Assembly (NCBI GenBank): GCA_964016885.1
Contig: OZ024740.1
Span: 345,340,001 to 345,404,000 of the forward strand
Length of the DNA stretch: 64,000 nt
Direction: 5' to 3'
From: Eledone cirrhosa
Taxonomy: Eukaryota
Below, one piece after another: positions 46,299-60,748 of the stretch. A program made the translations under genes and the position numbers. Numbering within the stretch: the stretch's first letter is position 1; each line of letters starts with the position of its first letter. The notes below the pieces were generated by a model that saw only the letters and a program-made list of their open reading frames with translations, did not search any database and was not told where the DNA came from.

Positions 46299-46468
46299 AA
46301 TGAATGTATGTATGCATGTATGTATGTATGTATGTAAAAATTAAACAGAAATAATAAAGCAAACAACACAGTTCAGTAAAGAAATATATGAGTTGAACAT
46401 TTGATATAACAGAAAAAGAAATTAAATGATCAAGACCGTAGCTGTATGTCATATATCAAATCATATAA

Positions 46469-46526
46469 TTTGTCTGATGAGGACGTACTGAAAAAACAAC
46501 ACAGTACCTTTGAAATATATAATAAA
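46469..46526 (+). ncRNA. Minimal type I hammerhead (family H; element about 46410-46592)
   Basis: tttgt-CTGATGA-ggacgtactgaaaaaacaacacagtaccttt-GAAA-tata-TA-ataaa. Confidence 0.75.
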
Positions 46527-46590
46527 GTATATATAATAAAGTATATATTTTGATTATGAGAATATTTTTCATTTGTTAACATTTTGCATA

Positions 46591-46644
<54 letters not shown>

Positions 46645-47307
46645 ACATTTAATTGTCATGAAATGTTCGTGTCTGCGCGTATTATTATGTGTGTGTGTGT
46701 GTCTGTGTCTGTGAGTTTGTGCGTATGTGTGCGTGTGTTTGTGTTTGTCTCTGTGTGTGTGTGCGCGTGCGTTTGTGTGTGTGTATGTGTGTATGTGTGT
46801 GTGTGTGTATTTGTGTGTTTGTGTGTGTGTGAGTGTGTGTGTTTGTGTGCGTGTGTGTGTGGGGGGGTGTATTCCGCGTTCTTTATCCGCATGTCATTCC
46901 ATGAAAAAGATAAACAATTAATAACACGAATAGAAATATTTAATTCATGTAATGTTGTAATTGTGGTTACCATGGATCACCCTCTTATGCTAAACGCGAG
47001 ACTGCCAAAGGAAGAGTGAGAAATGTCGATAGATAGAAAGAAAGAAGTGAAAATGTTAGAAATAGAGGGGAGGGTGAGAAAATATAAAAAAGAACCCAGC
47101 TAATTACCTAACTAGGCCAGGCGAACAGCTAACTTACACACTATTACCACAGCATGAATTACCAAATTCAAGGGCAAGTTTGCTTGTACAAGAATTTATA
47201 ATAACAAAATGAATATACTGTCTGACCTGAATTTCACACCAATACCTACAACATTTTACACTGAGGAAGAAGACAAGAGAATATATTAGCATAATAAAAC
47301 ATGTATG

Positions 47308-47403
<96 letters not shown>

Positions 47404-47803
47404 CATATATATATATATGTATACATATATACATATAGAGAGAGATAGATAGATGGAGAGAGAGAGAGAGGCATATATGTATTATATATATAAACATATA
47501 TATATATGAATATATGTGAGTGTGTGCACGCACAGGCAGATATTTAACGTAAATCCATTAATGATTTATCAATGTATACACGTGGATGCAAATAAAGCAT
47601 TGGCAATGATCATAAATATGAAAGTAAATACACACCCACACAACCTCATGTACATATGTTCATATATACATACATATGTACATATGTACGTAAATACATA
47701 TGTACATATATACGTACATACATTATGTTCATACATACATACGTAAATATATATATGTATTTCCTTCTATCGCTCTTTCAATATATATATATATATATAT
47801 ATT

Positions 47804-47855
<52 letters not shown>

Positions 47856-47907
47856 GTATATATATATATATATATTTACCTATCTCTCTCTATCTATCTA
47901 TCTAAGA

Positions 47908-47960
<53 letters not shown>

Positions 47961-48144
47961 CGAGGGAGGTGTGGTAAGGAACCAGATGGACCATAACGCA
48001 CCAGTGTACTCAATACTTAGGGTAGTAGAGTGGGTAATAGGAAAATGTTTGACCCCGACAGCAGAGCTCAAGCCGTTACGACGGCTATTTCTGGACTCAA
48101 ATAGCCGTCGAAACGGCTTGAGCTCTGCCTTCGGGGTCAAACAT
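47961..48144 (-). mobile_element. Family G fold-back copy
   Basis: Hairpin 48045-48144 (atgtttgacccc...ggggtcaaacat) plus tail matching 54472-54548; flanked by TA-rich repeats. Confidence 0.85.
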
Positions 48145-48372
48145 GTATATACGTGTGTATGTATGTGTGTGTAAGAACATCAGACGATATGATCGTGAAC
48201 TTTACGTGAAGTGGCTGAGGAATACACATACACGTGTATTCCGGGGACACAGCGGCATAGATCTAGCCATTGCAGGGACATGAAATAAGTGACCCGAAGT
48301 TTTGAGTCCTTGTAAAACGATAGTGTCCTAAATTACAAATAAGATATACATACACTCTCACACACACATATA

Positions 48373-48600
<228 letters not shown>

Positions 48601-49252
48601 CGGATGTATATAGACAATTATATAAGTATATCAATCAGACCCTGTCTGTTTTCCATTAAGTATATCCCAACATTTTTTTTTCTGTATGAATACAACAGTG
48701 AATACTCTATTTGTGTGAGCTACCATTCGCACATATGTAGTGTGACACACATATCTTTACTTAGAGATAGGCTTACATAAAACGAGACAAACATAGTTTG
48801 CTCATTCATAATAAATTTGCTGTAGGAAACCTGTATGAGATAATCATACACACATACATGCACAGACACCACAACAGAGAGAAAGAGAGGATGAGAGAGA
48901 GAGAGAGAAAGAGAGAAAGAGAGAAAGAGAGAGAGATAGAGAGAGGGAGAGAGAAAGAGAGAGAGAGACTCTCACACAATCACATACAGACATTCACACA
49001 TAATCGCAAGAACACACATACATACGCACGACGCATACCCACACAGACCACCATTCGCATGCGCAATCACACTTTCCACCCACACATATATCGATTAATA
49101 TGAAGCCAAAAAACAACGTACAGACAAACAGTATAGATAGAGTTGAGCGACAGAGAGTAAAGGAGGAGAAACAATAAACTGATTGATATGTTAAGAAAAA
49201 CATAGGTCAGCAAATAGGTAGTCTCCTGCACTCCATCTCACTACCCTCCCCC

Positions 49253-49334
<82 letters not shown>

Positions 49335-49528
49335 CGCACATATGAACATATATGCATGTATTTGTGTTTGCGTTTATATATGTATATATAGATTTTGATA
49401 TACATATATCTATATACATATATATATATATCGTTTCTGAATGTGTTTCTTATTGGCAACATGACCCTCCCAAAGCATAACAACATATATACATACATAT
49501 ACATATACATATATATATATACATATAC

Positions 49529-49708
<180 letters not shown>

Positions 49709-49757
49709 TTATATGTATGTCTATATATGTATATATGTATATATATGTATATATATG

Positions 49758-49789
<32 letters not shown>

Positions 49790-49844
49790 TTGATTTTGCG
49801 GTTCGTTTCGCTTTTTCTACCCGCCGAAATGCGATTCTCGCTGA

Positions 49845-49986
<142 letters not shown>

Positions 49987-50450
49987 CGATAGGTAAGTAA
50001 GTCGAGGAACAGATAGAAAGATAGATTGTGTGAATGGAAACAGATTGACAGTTGTCAAAGTAACTCTAATACTCAGGAATATATATATATAAAGAAATGT
50101 TGATAACAAGACAGAAAAACATCCATCATCACTAGAAGATATATATTTTTAAAGAGCAGTATGTTTTGTTGTTATTATTGATATGCTTACACTTGTTATT
50201 ACTGTTCTAATGGTAATGGTGGAGAGGGAGGAGGTGAGATGGTTGTTATGTTGATGGTGGTGCTGGGGACTGTTGGTGGGGGTGGGGGTGGTGCTGGTGG
50301 TGGTATATGTGGTTGCCACAGTTTATTGATGCGTTCTCTTTGTTTGTTTGTTTTTTGTTGTTTTTCATCATGTCTGTGCATATGAAAATGATATTGTATG
50401 TCAAGCTATGCATGTATATGTGGAATATATATATATATATATATACATAC

Positions 50451-50486
<36 letters not shown>

Positions 50487-50523
50487 TGTATGTATGTATA
50501 TACGCGCGGGTGTGTAAGTGAGT

Positions 50524-50581
<58 letters not shown>

Positions 50582-51691
50582 ATATATATATATACCTGTG
50601 TGTTCGTGTGTATGTACATGTCTATATGACGAGTACATTGTTTTATCTTTCAACTGACATTCAAACGTACTGTATTGTTCGGTTAATCGGTTGTATTAAT
50701 AAGTAACCATGGATTTTCGACTCATGGAATCATTCGTAAATCAAAAGGATTCATCAAGCATTATCATATCATTATCGTTATAATCCTCGTCATTGTCCTC
50801 GGGGTTAGGAACACATTACGAGTTCTCTTTAATATGTTTAGAATTTATCCGAAAGGTGTGATTTAGTCAAGTTACCTGACATACTAGTTATAGCAGCAAA
50901 TGCTCCTCAAATCTCGTTCAACTCTCTTGGAAAAATGACACCTTAAACACAGTATTCATAGAAGCACCATATGTGAAAGCAATGTCGGGATTTTTACGGT
51001 TGAAACACATTATATAATAATTTTACTCGTCTAGGTGTGACCTGCGATTATACAGCAATAACAACAAAAGTAAAAGGGATATTATGTACTTAGTCGCTCA
51101 ATAACAGTCAAATAGCCATTATTACTTCTCTAAGACAAGAAAAGATGTTTAAAATGCAGAATGGCCATAGTTTACGTGACCTTAATGCTATGTCTACTTG
51201 ATCATGTCTGAGCTGAGAATCCAAAACTAAAACAATCATAATTTATATGGTTGTGTGGGAGTGTGTGCATGAGTTGTGTGTGTATCTGATTATGTAACTG
51301 TGTGTGTGTGTGTGTTCCAGTGTGCGTGCGTGATAAACAAACAAACAATGAGTAGGTGAAAACAAGAGGAAAGCAATAGTTGAGAAGGGAAATGAGAAAT
51401 AAAATAAGATAATGACAAGAGACCAAACAGAAAATTGTTGCATTTTGACTTCTGGAAACATCTTACGCATTGATCTAAATGTAGAGAATGTGCGTGAAAT
51501 AGGGAGTTAGAACTCACAATAGTAAAGTTCAGCCATGTTATGGTATATTTTCAAACGTGGCAATAAAATGCAACGCATTGATGCGCATTATTAGATGTTA
51601 TGTCGCATATTTCCACGCATATTCATATTATTGTGTTGGAGTTATTACGCACACGTACAAATACTTTCTCTCACAAACACACACACATAAG

Positions 51692-51757
<66 letters not shown>

Positions 51758-52096
51758 CAAAAAAAGAACCAGGCTGTGTGGTTACTGTAAACAAGGTGTA
51801 AGATGGTAAACAAGGTGTAAGACGTAAACATGAGAAGAAAATTAGACCTTCATCAGCTGTTAGATGTTTCGGCGCTTAAAACAGGAGATCGGAATCGATT
51901 GGCATCGCGCCCATGGCCTTTTATCAATCAAAAGTCCACGAGGGAAAGAAAAGATATTGAAGAGAGAGGTAGAAAGACAAAAAAGGAAAGAGGAAAGAAG
52001 TAAACAAGCCGAATGGAGGTGGGACATAGGACAATGGCACATGGCAGTGAGTAACCGAGGATATATACATATATATATATATTTGTATATATATAC

Positions 52097-52142
<46 letters not shown>

Positions 52143-52550
52143 ATATGAATGTATATGTATGTATATATATATATTATTTTTTGGTCTGGTCAAGCTTGTG
52201 CCACTGCTACTGGTTCCATGTAACCCAGTACAACATGCTTCGTTGTCGAGTGGTTGGCGATTAAATTGGTTCCCAACCAGAGACTTGTCGGGAGTAAAGG
52301 CTAAATGGAACCCTGGAAGGTAAAAAAACAAGAGCTGTGTCAACGGCCATCCATACCAATTATGATTGAAATAGCCTTACCAATCCGCAATTGGCCAAGT
52401 GTACGGATACAGCCCTGACATGACCACCACCAAACAGAAAACAGTGGAGGTCAAAAAGGTAGGAATTCTTCCAACAGGTGTGAGAAGGCCCTGGATTTCA
52501 TAGGATATATATATATATATTTATATATACACACACATATAAAAGTAAGT

Positions 52551-52603
<53 letters not shown>

Positions 52604-52635
52604 TACATATAAGAGTAAGTATATATATATGTGCA

Positions 52636-52685
<50 letters not shown>

Positions 52686-52779
52686 TATATGTTGGTTGTA
52701 TGCCAACACCTAAGTATGCAGATTGGAGGACTCGACGAAGTGCGCAGGTTGGTTTGGTTACTCCGGAGTAATGTAAGAT

Positions 52780-53005
52780 AAAATATGATTCCAGTTCCAC
52801 AGTGAAATAACAACCCAACCAGGAACTCGGCATATCAGAGTATTGACAAAGTTAAACACCTCAACAACATGTGCACTCGTCTCTACCACACTAATTCGGA
52901 CTGCCTGAAGATGTCACAGCCAAAGATGACTGTCACCGAAATATATATTGCAGTAATAAACGAAGCAAAATTTTAAACATTTGACTTATTTATTTTATTT
53001 TATTT
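52780..53005 (+). mobile_element. Hammerhead-bearing short element (family of 36085-36310)
   Basis: actgc-CTGAAGA-tgtcacagccaaagatgactgtcacc-GAAA-tatata-TT-gcagt at 52900-52954. Confidence 0.82.
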
Positions 53006-53297
53006 TATATATATATATGGAGAGAGAGAGAGAGGGGAAAATGTGTATGTTCGTACATGCATATGAAAACATATAATTTATATATGTGCATAATTGCGTA
53101 TGTGTGTGTGAGTCTATATGTGCGTGCGCGAGCGTGTGTGCGCGTGCGCAAGTATGTGTTTACGCTCATAATCATATGGTATATATCGCCGCAGGAGGTT
53201 AAGTCAACGTAACCGAAAACGCTATGTACGTGTATATTTATCTCTGGATCCCTTTTGTACATAGAAACTACATACATCACACATACATAACGCATAC

Positions 53298-53415
<118 letters not shown>

Positions 53416-53780
53416 GCTCTGTATATATGATATATGTGTGTACAAATCATATATATAGATATATAATTTATTAAAATGTATGTATATATATATAGCGAGA
53501 GATAGACATATGGAGGTGTGTGTGTGTGCTTGTGTGTGCGTGTCTATGTGTGGTTATTTATAAATATACGTAGCTGATAGCTCTCCCTCTCTTGAAGCAT
53601 CATTAACATTAGGTTGATTCGGGGAAACTCCTGGTACCTAGTAAGGTATATAACAGTTTGACATGTGTTTCACATAATATAGTTTATTTACATCTATGTT
53701 GAGATACTGAGGGCTCTTTCTTTTGGGATTACAACCACTCATTCAGGCAACGATATATATATGTGTGTGTGGTGTGTGTG

Positions 53781-53812
<32 letters not shown>

Positions 53813-54282
53813 ACAACATATATATTATTTTGATACATATATATGTTCTGTTCACATGCCAACACAAGAGCAAGAATGAAGGGTTCATTCTACTGACATG
53901 GCTATAACATTGAGGCTTGTTTGCATAATTGCAAACGAATCGAATGCTATTATTAATATTCAAAAAACTCAGATTACATTTATTGTATTCAGCCATGTAG
54001 AGCGAAAAAAGTTTTCTTTATATATATATATATAAATCTGTATATACGCAAATATAACCGTCACAATACCAATTTAAATTCTACCATTTAAAAAGCAATT
54101 AAAGTTAGGGCGAATCATATCTTAGCGGTACAGACACAACCCGGTATGTTTTGCTCTTATTAGAACTTCTGAGTAATACGCATTTAAAAAATGTCTATAG
54201 AATATATGTGTATATATAATTATATGTATGTATAGGCACACATACACACACACACGCATACACAGACAAAGAACCCCCCCCC

Positions 54283-54320
<38 letters not shown>

Positions 54321-54361
54321 TATATATGTATATATACATATATAAATACATAAATTTATAT

Positions 54362-54548
54362 ATAGGAAAAGAGTCAGGGCCCTGACGGCTAAGCTCCGGC
54401 CGTTTCGGCAGTTAGATCTAGCTGTCGAAACGGCTGGAGCTCAGCCATCGGAGTACTGACTCTTTTCCTATTACCCACTCTACTATCGTAAGTATCGAGT
54501 ATTCTGGTGCGTTATGGTTCACTTGGTTCCTTACCACACTTCCTTCGA
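54362..54548 (+). mobile_element. Family G fold-back copy
   Basis: Inverted arms 54362-54471 centred near 54416; GAAACggctggagctcagccATC; tail cccactctact...gagtattctggtgcg. Confidence 0.85.
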
Positions 54549-54550
54549 AA

Positions 54551-54620
<70 letters not shown>

Positions 54621-54625
<5 letters not shown>

Positions 54626-54745
54626 AACGAGTAGGACCCCGACGGCTGAGCTCAGGCCGTTTCGACCGGCTTGAGCTCAGCCGTCGGGGTCCTACTCGTT
54701 CCTATTACCCACTCTACTACCCTAAGTATTGAGTACTTTGGTGCG
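54621..54745 (+). mobile_element. Family G fold-back copy
   Basis: Inverted arms 54621-54705; tail cccactctactaccctaagtattgagtactttggtgcg; in (TA)n. Confidence 0.85.
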
Positions 54746-54807
54746 TATATACATATATATATATCTATATCTACATATACACATGTACACACATATATAT
54801 ATACATA

Positions 54808-54863
<56 letters not shown>

Positions 54864-54865
<2 letters not shown>

Positions 54866-55162
54866 TATTTCCGTAGGAAAGGTACAGGAAAAGAGAGTGC
54901 TCTATGTAAGCTACATTGCTTATTAGTTATGTAATAAACAACATAAGATAATTATTTCATTTACCAGTGGTTTCTTGAAGGCAGATATTTATATTGGTCT
55001 TCAGTCGTCAGAATGAATAAATAACATTGTGTTTTTATTAAATTTTAATAAAAATACCATGTAATTTATTCATTCTGACGACTGAAGACAGATATAAATA
55101 TCTGCCTTGAAGAAACCACTGGTAAATGAAATAATTATCTTATGTTTTTTATTACATAACTA
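54864..55162 (-). mobile_element. Palindromic double-hammerhead element (palindrome 54924-55162 plus 60-bp tail), in (TA)n
   Basis: Hammerheads at 54956-55017(-) and 55069-55130(+): ttcatt-CTGACGA-ctgaagacagatataaatatctgccttgaa-GAAA-ccactgg-TA-aatgaa. Confidence 0.88.
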
Positions 55163-55233
55163 TATATATATATATATAAATGTATATATATATAGATACA
55201 TATGTATATATATATATATATATTATATTATAC

Positions 55234-55323
<90 letters not shown>

Positions 55324-55733
55324 GTATCTATATATGTAATTTTATATATATATATATAATATATGCACACACGTGTATACGCACACTTCTATGCGATGAT
55401 CATTATAAATATTATCATCATCTTCCTTGTATCCATCTTTATTATTGACAACTGCAATCATATAGTAATTATAAAGATGATCATGATATGATTACATTAG
55501 CGTCGTCATAACTCACTCATTTTGTCTTCAATCTCAGCCTTATGCTGAGTCAACATGAATTATTAGAAATTGTAACATTATCATTAATAAAAGAAAACAT
55601 TATTAAGGCGCTGGATACTAACTAGATTATTGCAAGAGATTATTAGGGATTAGTGTAATACTTGGCAATTTATTGTTTTCGTTGGATAAAATTTATTTGA
55701 TCTTTACTATTGTTGTTATTTACCAGCACCACC

Positions 55734-55774
<41 letters not shown>

Positions 55775-55809
55775 AGGTAGTAGTAGTAGAAGTAGTAGTA
55801 GTAGTAGTA

Positions 55810-55843
<34 letters not shown>

Positions 55844-55883
55844 AAGTAGTACTAGTAGTAGTAGTTGAAACCATTATTACTTA

Positions 55884-57118
55884 AGTATCGGTAGAGGGTC
55901 GAACGCCATGCTTTCCAGCATAGTTACGTCCCTTTACGATCTGAGTTCAAATCCCGCCGAGGTTGACTTTGCCTTTCATCCTTACAGGGTCGATAAAATA
56001 AAGTACCAGTAATGAACTGGGTAATTGCTGGCCTTGTGCCTAAAAGTAGAAACAATTATTACTTTTATCATAGAGGATGTAGATTGGCAATATCGGTAGA
56101 GCGTCGGACACCATGCTTTGCGGAAAAGTTACCTCCCTTTACGTTCTGAGTTCAAATCCCGCCCAGGTTAGCTTTGCCTTTCATCCTTACGGAGTTGATA
56201 AAATAAAGTACCAGTAACGCAGTGGTGGTCGATTTAATCGATATTAATCGACTAGTACCTATAGTAGAAATCCTTGGGGATTGACAAATCGGTAGAAGGT
56301 CGGGCGCCATGCTTTGTAGCATAGAATTACGCCCCTTTATGGTTTGAGTCCAAATCCTACCGGAGTACACTTTGCCTTTCATTCTTACGGGGTCGATAAA
56401 ATAAAGTACCAGTAATGTTCTGAGATAATTGCTGACCTTGTGCTAAAAGTAGAAACAATTATTATTATTGGAGTGTTAGTATCGGTAGAGGGGCGGATGC
56501 AATGCTTTGCAGCATAGAGTTATGGCCCTTTATGATCTGGGTTCAAATCCCGCCCAGGTTAACCTTGCGTTTCATACTTACAGGGTCGATAAAATAAAGT
56601 ACCCGTCAAACACTGGGTTCGATTTAATCGACTTTCCCCTCCCCCAAAATTGCTGGCCTTGTGCCTATATAAGAAACCATTATTATTATCATAAAATATG
56701 CGGATTGGTACATCGTCGGAAACCATGCTTCGTGGCTTAGCGTTATGGCTCTTTAAATTCTGATTTCAAATCCCGCCACATTTAGCTTTGCCTTTCATCC
56801 TTACCGGGTCAATTTGAATAAATACCAGTAAGGCACTGGGGTCGATTTATTGGACACCCTCCTACAAAATATATTATTGTCCGTGTGCCTAAATCAGAAA
56901 CCATTATTATCATTATTGGTCGATTGGCAGTATCGGTAGAGGGTCGGACGACATGCTTTGCAGCAAAGAGTTACGGCCCTTTATGGTCTGAGTTCAAATC
57001 CCGCCGAGGTTAACTTTGCCTTTCATCCTTACGGTGTCGATAAAATAAAGTACCAGTAATACACTGGGATACAATTGCTGGCGTCGTGCCAAAAGTAGAA
57101 ACAATTATTATCATTATT
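55884..57118 (+). mobile_element. Head-to-tail array of six diverged SINE family A copies
   Basis: Copies start near 55884, 56080, 56278, 56470, 56700 and 56918; each has a gttcaaatccc-like B-box and the tttcatccttac...gataaaataaagtacc core; most end in (ATT)n. Confidence 0.92.
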
Positions 57119-57744
57119 GTTTTTATTATCATCCTCATCACTTCAAACACGACCATTTCCATCATTTTTATCTATTATTTTTGTGCTTATCATTATTTTG
57201 AGTATTATTCTCTTCACTCTGGGTGATGTCATGTCTTTCATAACATTTTTCAAAATATTTTAAAACATTTTATGATATTTTACGCGTTTTATTCCTGTCT
57301 ACTCTGTTAGTGAGGTTTATTTAGATAATTCCTGCTCATTTTAAGGTATTTCATTGAAGATTATATATTTTTTATTTTATTTATTTATATATGTATTTGC
57401 TATTGTTCGACTTGATGCCATTTGGATATAAACACCTGCTTCGGAAAATGGATTAACAATTATACATGTGTTGAATTAATAATTTTTACATACAAAAATA
57501 ATTTACAAGACAAGAAAACTTTATTAATTTGTTTCCCGAAGAAATATTATTGAACATTATTTGAACATTTTGGTTTGTTTAGGTTCTACGTCGAATAATG
57601 CCCAGCGAAAATGAAAATGGAATACATAGACAAACTATTCTATGAACACGAAGTAAACAATTAATATATATTGAAATGTAGAGTTTTTCTCCATAAATTA
57701 TGTCAGTGATTTAAAATCAATCATCATTTTCTTTTAAAAAAATG

Positions 57745-57780
57745 TGTGAAACGCAGCAAGGCGCGGATAATTCGGCTAGT
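57745..57780 (+). mobile_element. Probable Helitron 3' terminus
   Basis: Short GC hairpin cgcagcaaggcgcg, then ataattcggCTAG followed by T. Confidence 0.5.
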
Positions 57781-57945
57781 ATATATATATAGTACTAAAT
57801 GACAAACAAACAAACAAACGCAGGAGTGAATAGTACATGGTGTTATTAGCTTCACGTATATATATATTTATATATATAATAAGTCCCAAGGCTCTGATAC
57901 CATCAACACTATAAACACAGAGCCGGCATATCTAAGAACTGACTA

Positions 57946-58001
57946 ACTGCCTGATGAGGTCATAGCCATTCAATGGCTATCATCGAAATATATATAGCAG
58001 T
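57946..58001 (+). ncRNA. Minimal type I hammerhead ribozyme, best-preserved copy (element about 57880-58023 in (TA)n)
   Basis: actgc-CTGATGA-ggtcatagccat(tca)atggctatcatc-GAAA-tatata-TA-gcagt; predicted cleavage after 57996. Confidence 0.9.
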
Positions 58002-58047
58002 AAATAAAGGATTATGAGTTCACTATATATATATATATATATATATA

Positions 58048-58419
58048 ATGCATGAAAAATTGAAAAAAATTATTTTTTATAACATATCAAATCAAAATTA
58101 CATTATTTAATCTTATTTTTATTTTGTTTCTTGTAAATCATTTTTTTTCAAAATATCAATTCAAAACTTTTGTGAATAGGCATCATATCTTGTCATTTTC
58201 CTATGGTTTAAATTTCGTATAAATCGAAGGGCAACAATTTTCAGCGGGGTTTTGTGCCCCCGTGAACCCTTTGATTAAAATGAAATATATTTATCCAAGT
58301 ACCCTGGGCAATGCAATTTCAGAATATATATGGTTATGGGGGTCTATCTCCAAAACCATAGGAGGAGTTCGTGAACAAACAAACAAACAGACAGGAACTA
58401 CAAATTTATATATATAGAT
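58048..58419 (-). mobile_element. Probable non-autonomous Helitron 5' portion
   Basis: Minus strand starts TCtatatatataaatttgtagttcctgtctgtttgtttgtttgttcacgaactcc: a 5'-TC start with subterminal (GTTT)n, typical of such elements. Confidence 0.5.
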
Positions 58420-59629
58420 ATATAACATAAAGAACCTATTTTTCGTCAGTCTTACGTTCATTAAAAGCGAAAAATCGTTGCATTTTCCTAAACAAATACT
58501 ACTTCATAGAGCGTTTCTAAGAGAACAACAAAACTGAAACAAATAGATTGATCGGAATGGACCTACACCATTTTCGCCTTTGATTATTCAATTGTTCGAC
58601 CAAAGAAATATACAGTTCACGAAATTAGCATTTACGATACTATGCATTTCATAGTCAGGGGTACGTTTAATTTATTTCGCAAGGACATTCAACGTGATGC
58701 AGTTGAATTTCAGTTACACTCCATCTGATGAACTTATAAGTTAATGATTGCGAAACAATCTGCATAACACACAATAAAAAAGAAGAAACAGCATTAATTG
58801 CATGCGACAGCAGCAATACAAATCCCACATAATTTCTCCAAATATGAACGTGGTAGTGTGTGAAATAGAACAATGGAAAATTGCATAAATAAACGCTCCA
58901 TCTTGTTGCTGAAGAATTTATTCAGAAGAGGGTAAAGGGGAAACAGATCTTCCTTCATTTTAAGAAGGACAGAATGTAATTTTTGTGTGTCCTTAAACAT
59001 CAGCTACGGTACACATTACTTGACATTCCTAGACACCAGAAGACACCGAGCATGAGCTCTCTCCTGCTCCAACCACATTTGCCACATCCATCGTTATGCA
59101 ATCGAAGAAAGAATGTAGGTGAAAATTACCGAGTAAAACAGGAGGAAAATATCTAGCAGTAGAAGAAGAGTGATCCTGACCTAAAGCTGTGTTAAACAGA
59201 AAAAGATATTGATGACAGTAACTTCAGTGATGTTCGAAATTCGAATCACTGCGAATAACTTGCGAACAATATGGTGTAAAAATATGGGCTTCGAAATAGT
59301 TTCTGGGAAGTGCTGATTTATTTCAGAGATAATATATAATTTTAAATTTGGTAACAAATTTACACGACAATGTATTTTTCTGAATAAATAGTACACACCA
59401 ACGGACTTGTTGTATAATACAATCAGTTACTGTAGTTAGTCATGCTCCACGTCATTGCTAATTAAGACAAATATATGATCTAATTTATTCCAGTCGTGAT
59501 TTATTTTTCCTCTTCAGGTAATTCATGTCGTCATTATTCAGATGTTAGGTTGTGGCTTCTGGGAATTTGGTTGCTATTTCTAACCACGCGAATGACCTCA
59601 TAAAGGCTTCATACATGCTTTGTAATCTA

Positions 59630-59970
59630 TCGACATATATCCATTATACTGTGCAGATATCGACACATTTACAGTGTAACAAATATTCCAATTACTAGAA
59701 TGCAAAGACGTGTATTTCGTGCACTAGACAAACTAGGACATGTTATAACGTAAGTTTAAAAGTCACGCAGCTGATATGGTATTCAGACATGAACATATTA
59801 CTGTATACAGTCAAAGGTATGTCACGTTATACAGACGTATATCTGTTACAGTATTTAAACATAAATCTATTCCAGTGTACAGATGGAAACCAGTTACAGT
59901 GTACACACGTGGATCTATTACAGTATATATCCAAACATAACACAGTGTACAGATGTGGACATGTTACACC
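59630..59970. repeat. Degenerate about 22-bp minisatellite (acatgttacagtgtacagat-like)
   Basis: Recurrent gttacagtgtaca motifs with about 22-bp spacing. Confidence 0.6.
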
Positions 59971-60557
59971 TTAATATATTGAAGTACAAAACTAAGTTCA
60001 TCTTGTATTTTAAAGTACAGTGGACATCATGAATAAATGGTGGTTTCGAACATATTTTAAAAGAACTTTAACAGCTGTTTCAAATAGGCCGGATACCCTG
60101 CAGGTGAAGTCATCCTTACAGCTCTTATTACGCGGTCGAAGAAGTGCCGGTCAAGTACATGGGTTGATATAATGAACTGTATTTCTCATCCAAATATCTG
60201 AATGTCTTTTTAATAAAAAAAATACCGTTATTATTATTATTATTACCAGTAGTAGTAGTAGTAGTAGTAGTAGTATGAAGAATAGCAGCATCTATTGACG
60301 TTGCAGATGTCATCCTCGTTGTTGTCGTCGTCGTTGCCGTCGGCCATAGTGACTGCAGCGTTGTTGTTAATGCTTTGCTCTTATTTTGTTGTTATTACTG
60401 TTGCTGCTGTAGACTGCCTAAAGGCGGCCGTTCTGTAACAACAAATCACAGCCGTGCACGTCGATATATCCGGATGGAGAGGGACAGGCGGATAATAAAT
60501 GGTCAGCAGAACCACAGCAAACTTGTGCATCATACATATGATATATGCATGCATATT

Positions 60558-60640
<83 letters not shown>

Positions 60641-60671
60641 TAAATATATATATATGTATGTAAATATATAC

Positions 60672-60748
<77 letters not shown>

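Noticed and set aside
51845-51930. Hammerhead in the TA-flanked insert at 51.75-52.06 kb
   Set aside because: GAAAC and CTGATGA are present on the minus strand, but I could not build consistent stems. Similar unresolved fragments lie near 8960, 22830, 24620, 47260 and 54150.
55884-57118. CRISPR-like or tRNA gene array
   Set aside because: Units are about 180-220 bp diverged SINE copies also dispersed elsewhere in the window; there is no repeat-spacer structure and no intact cloverleaf.
58720-58770. CTGATGA...GAAAC as a hammerhead
   Set aside because: No stem I pairing and no NUH triplet closing stem III; likely chance.
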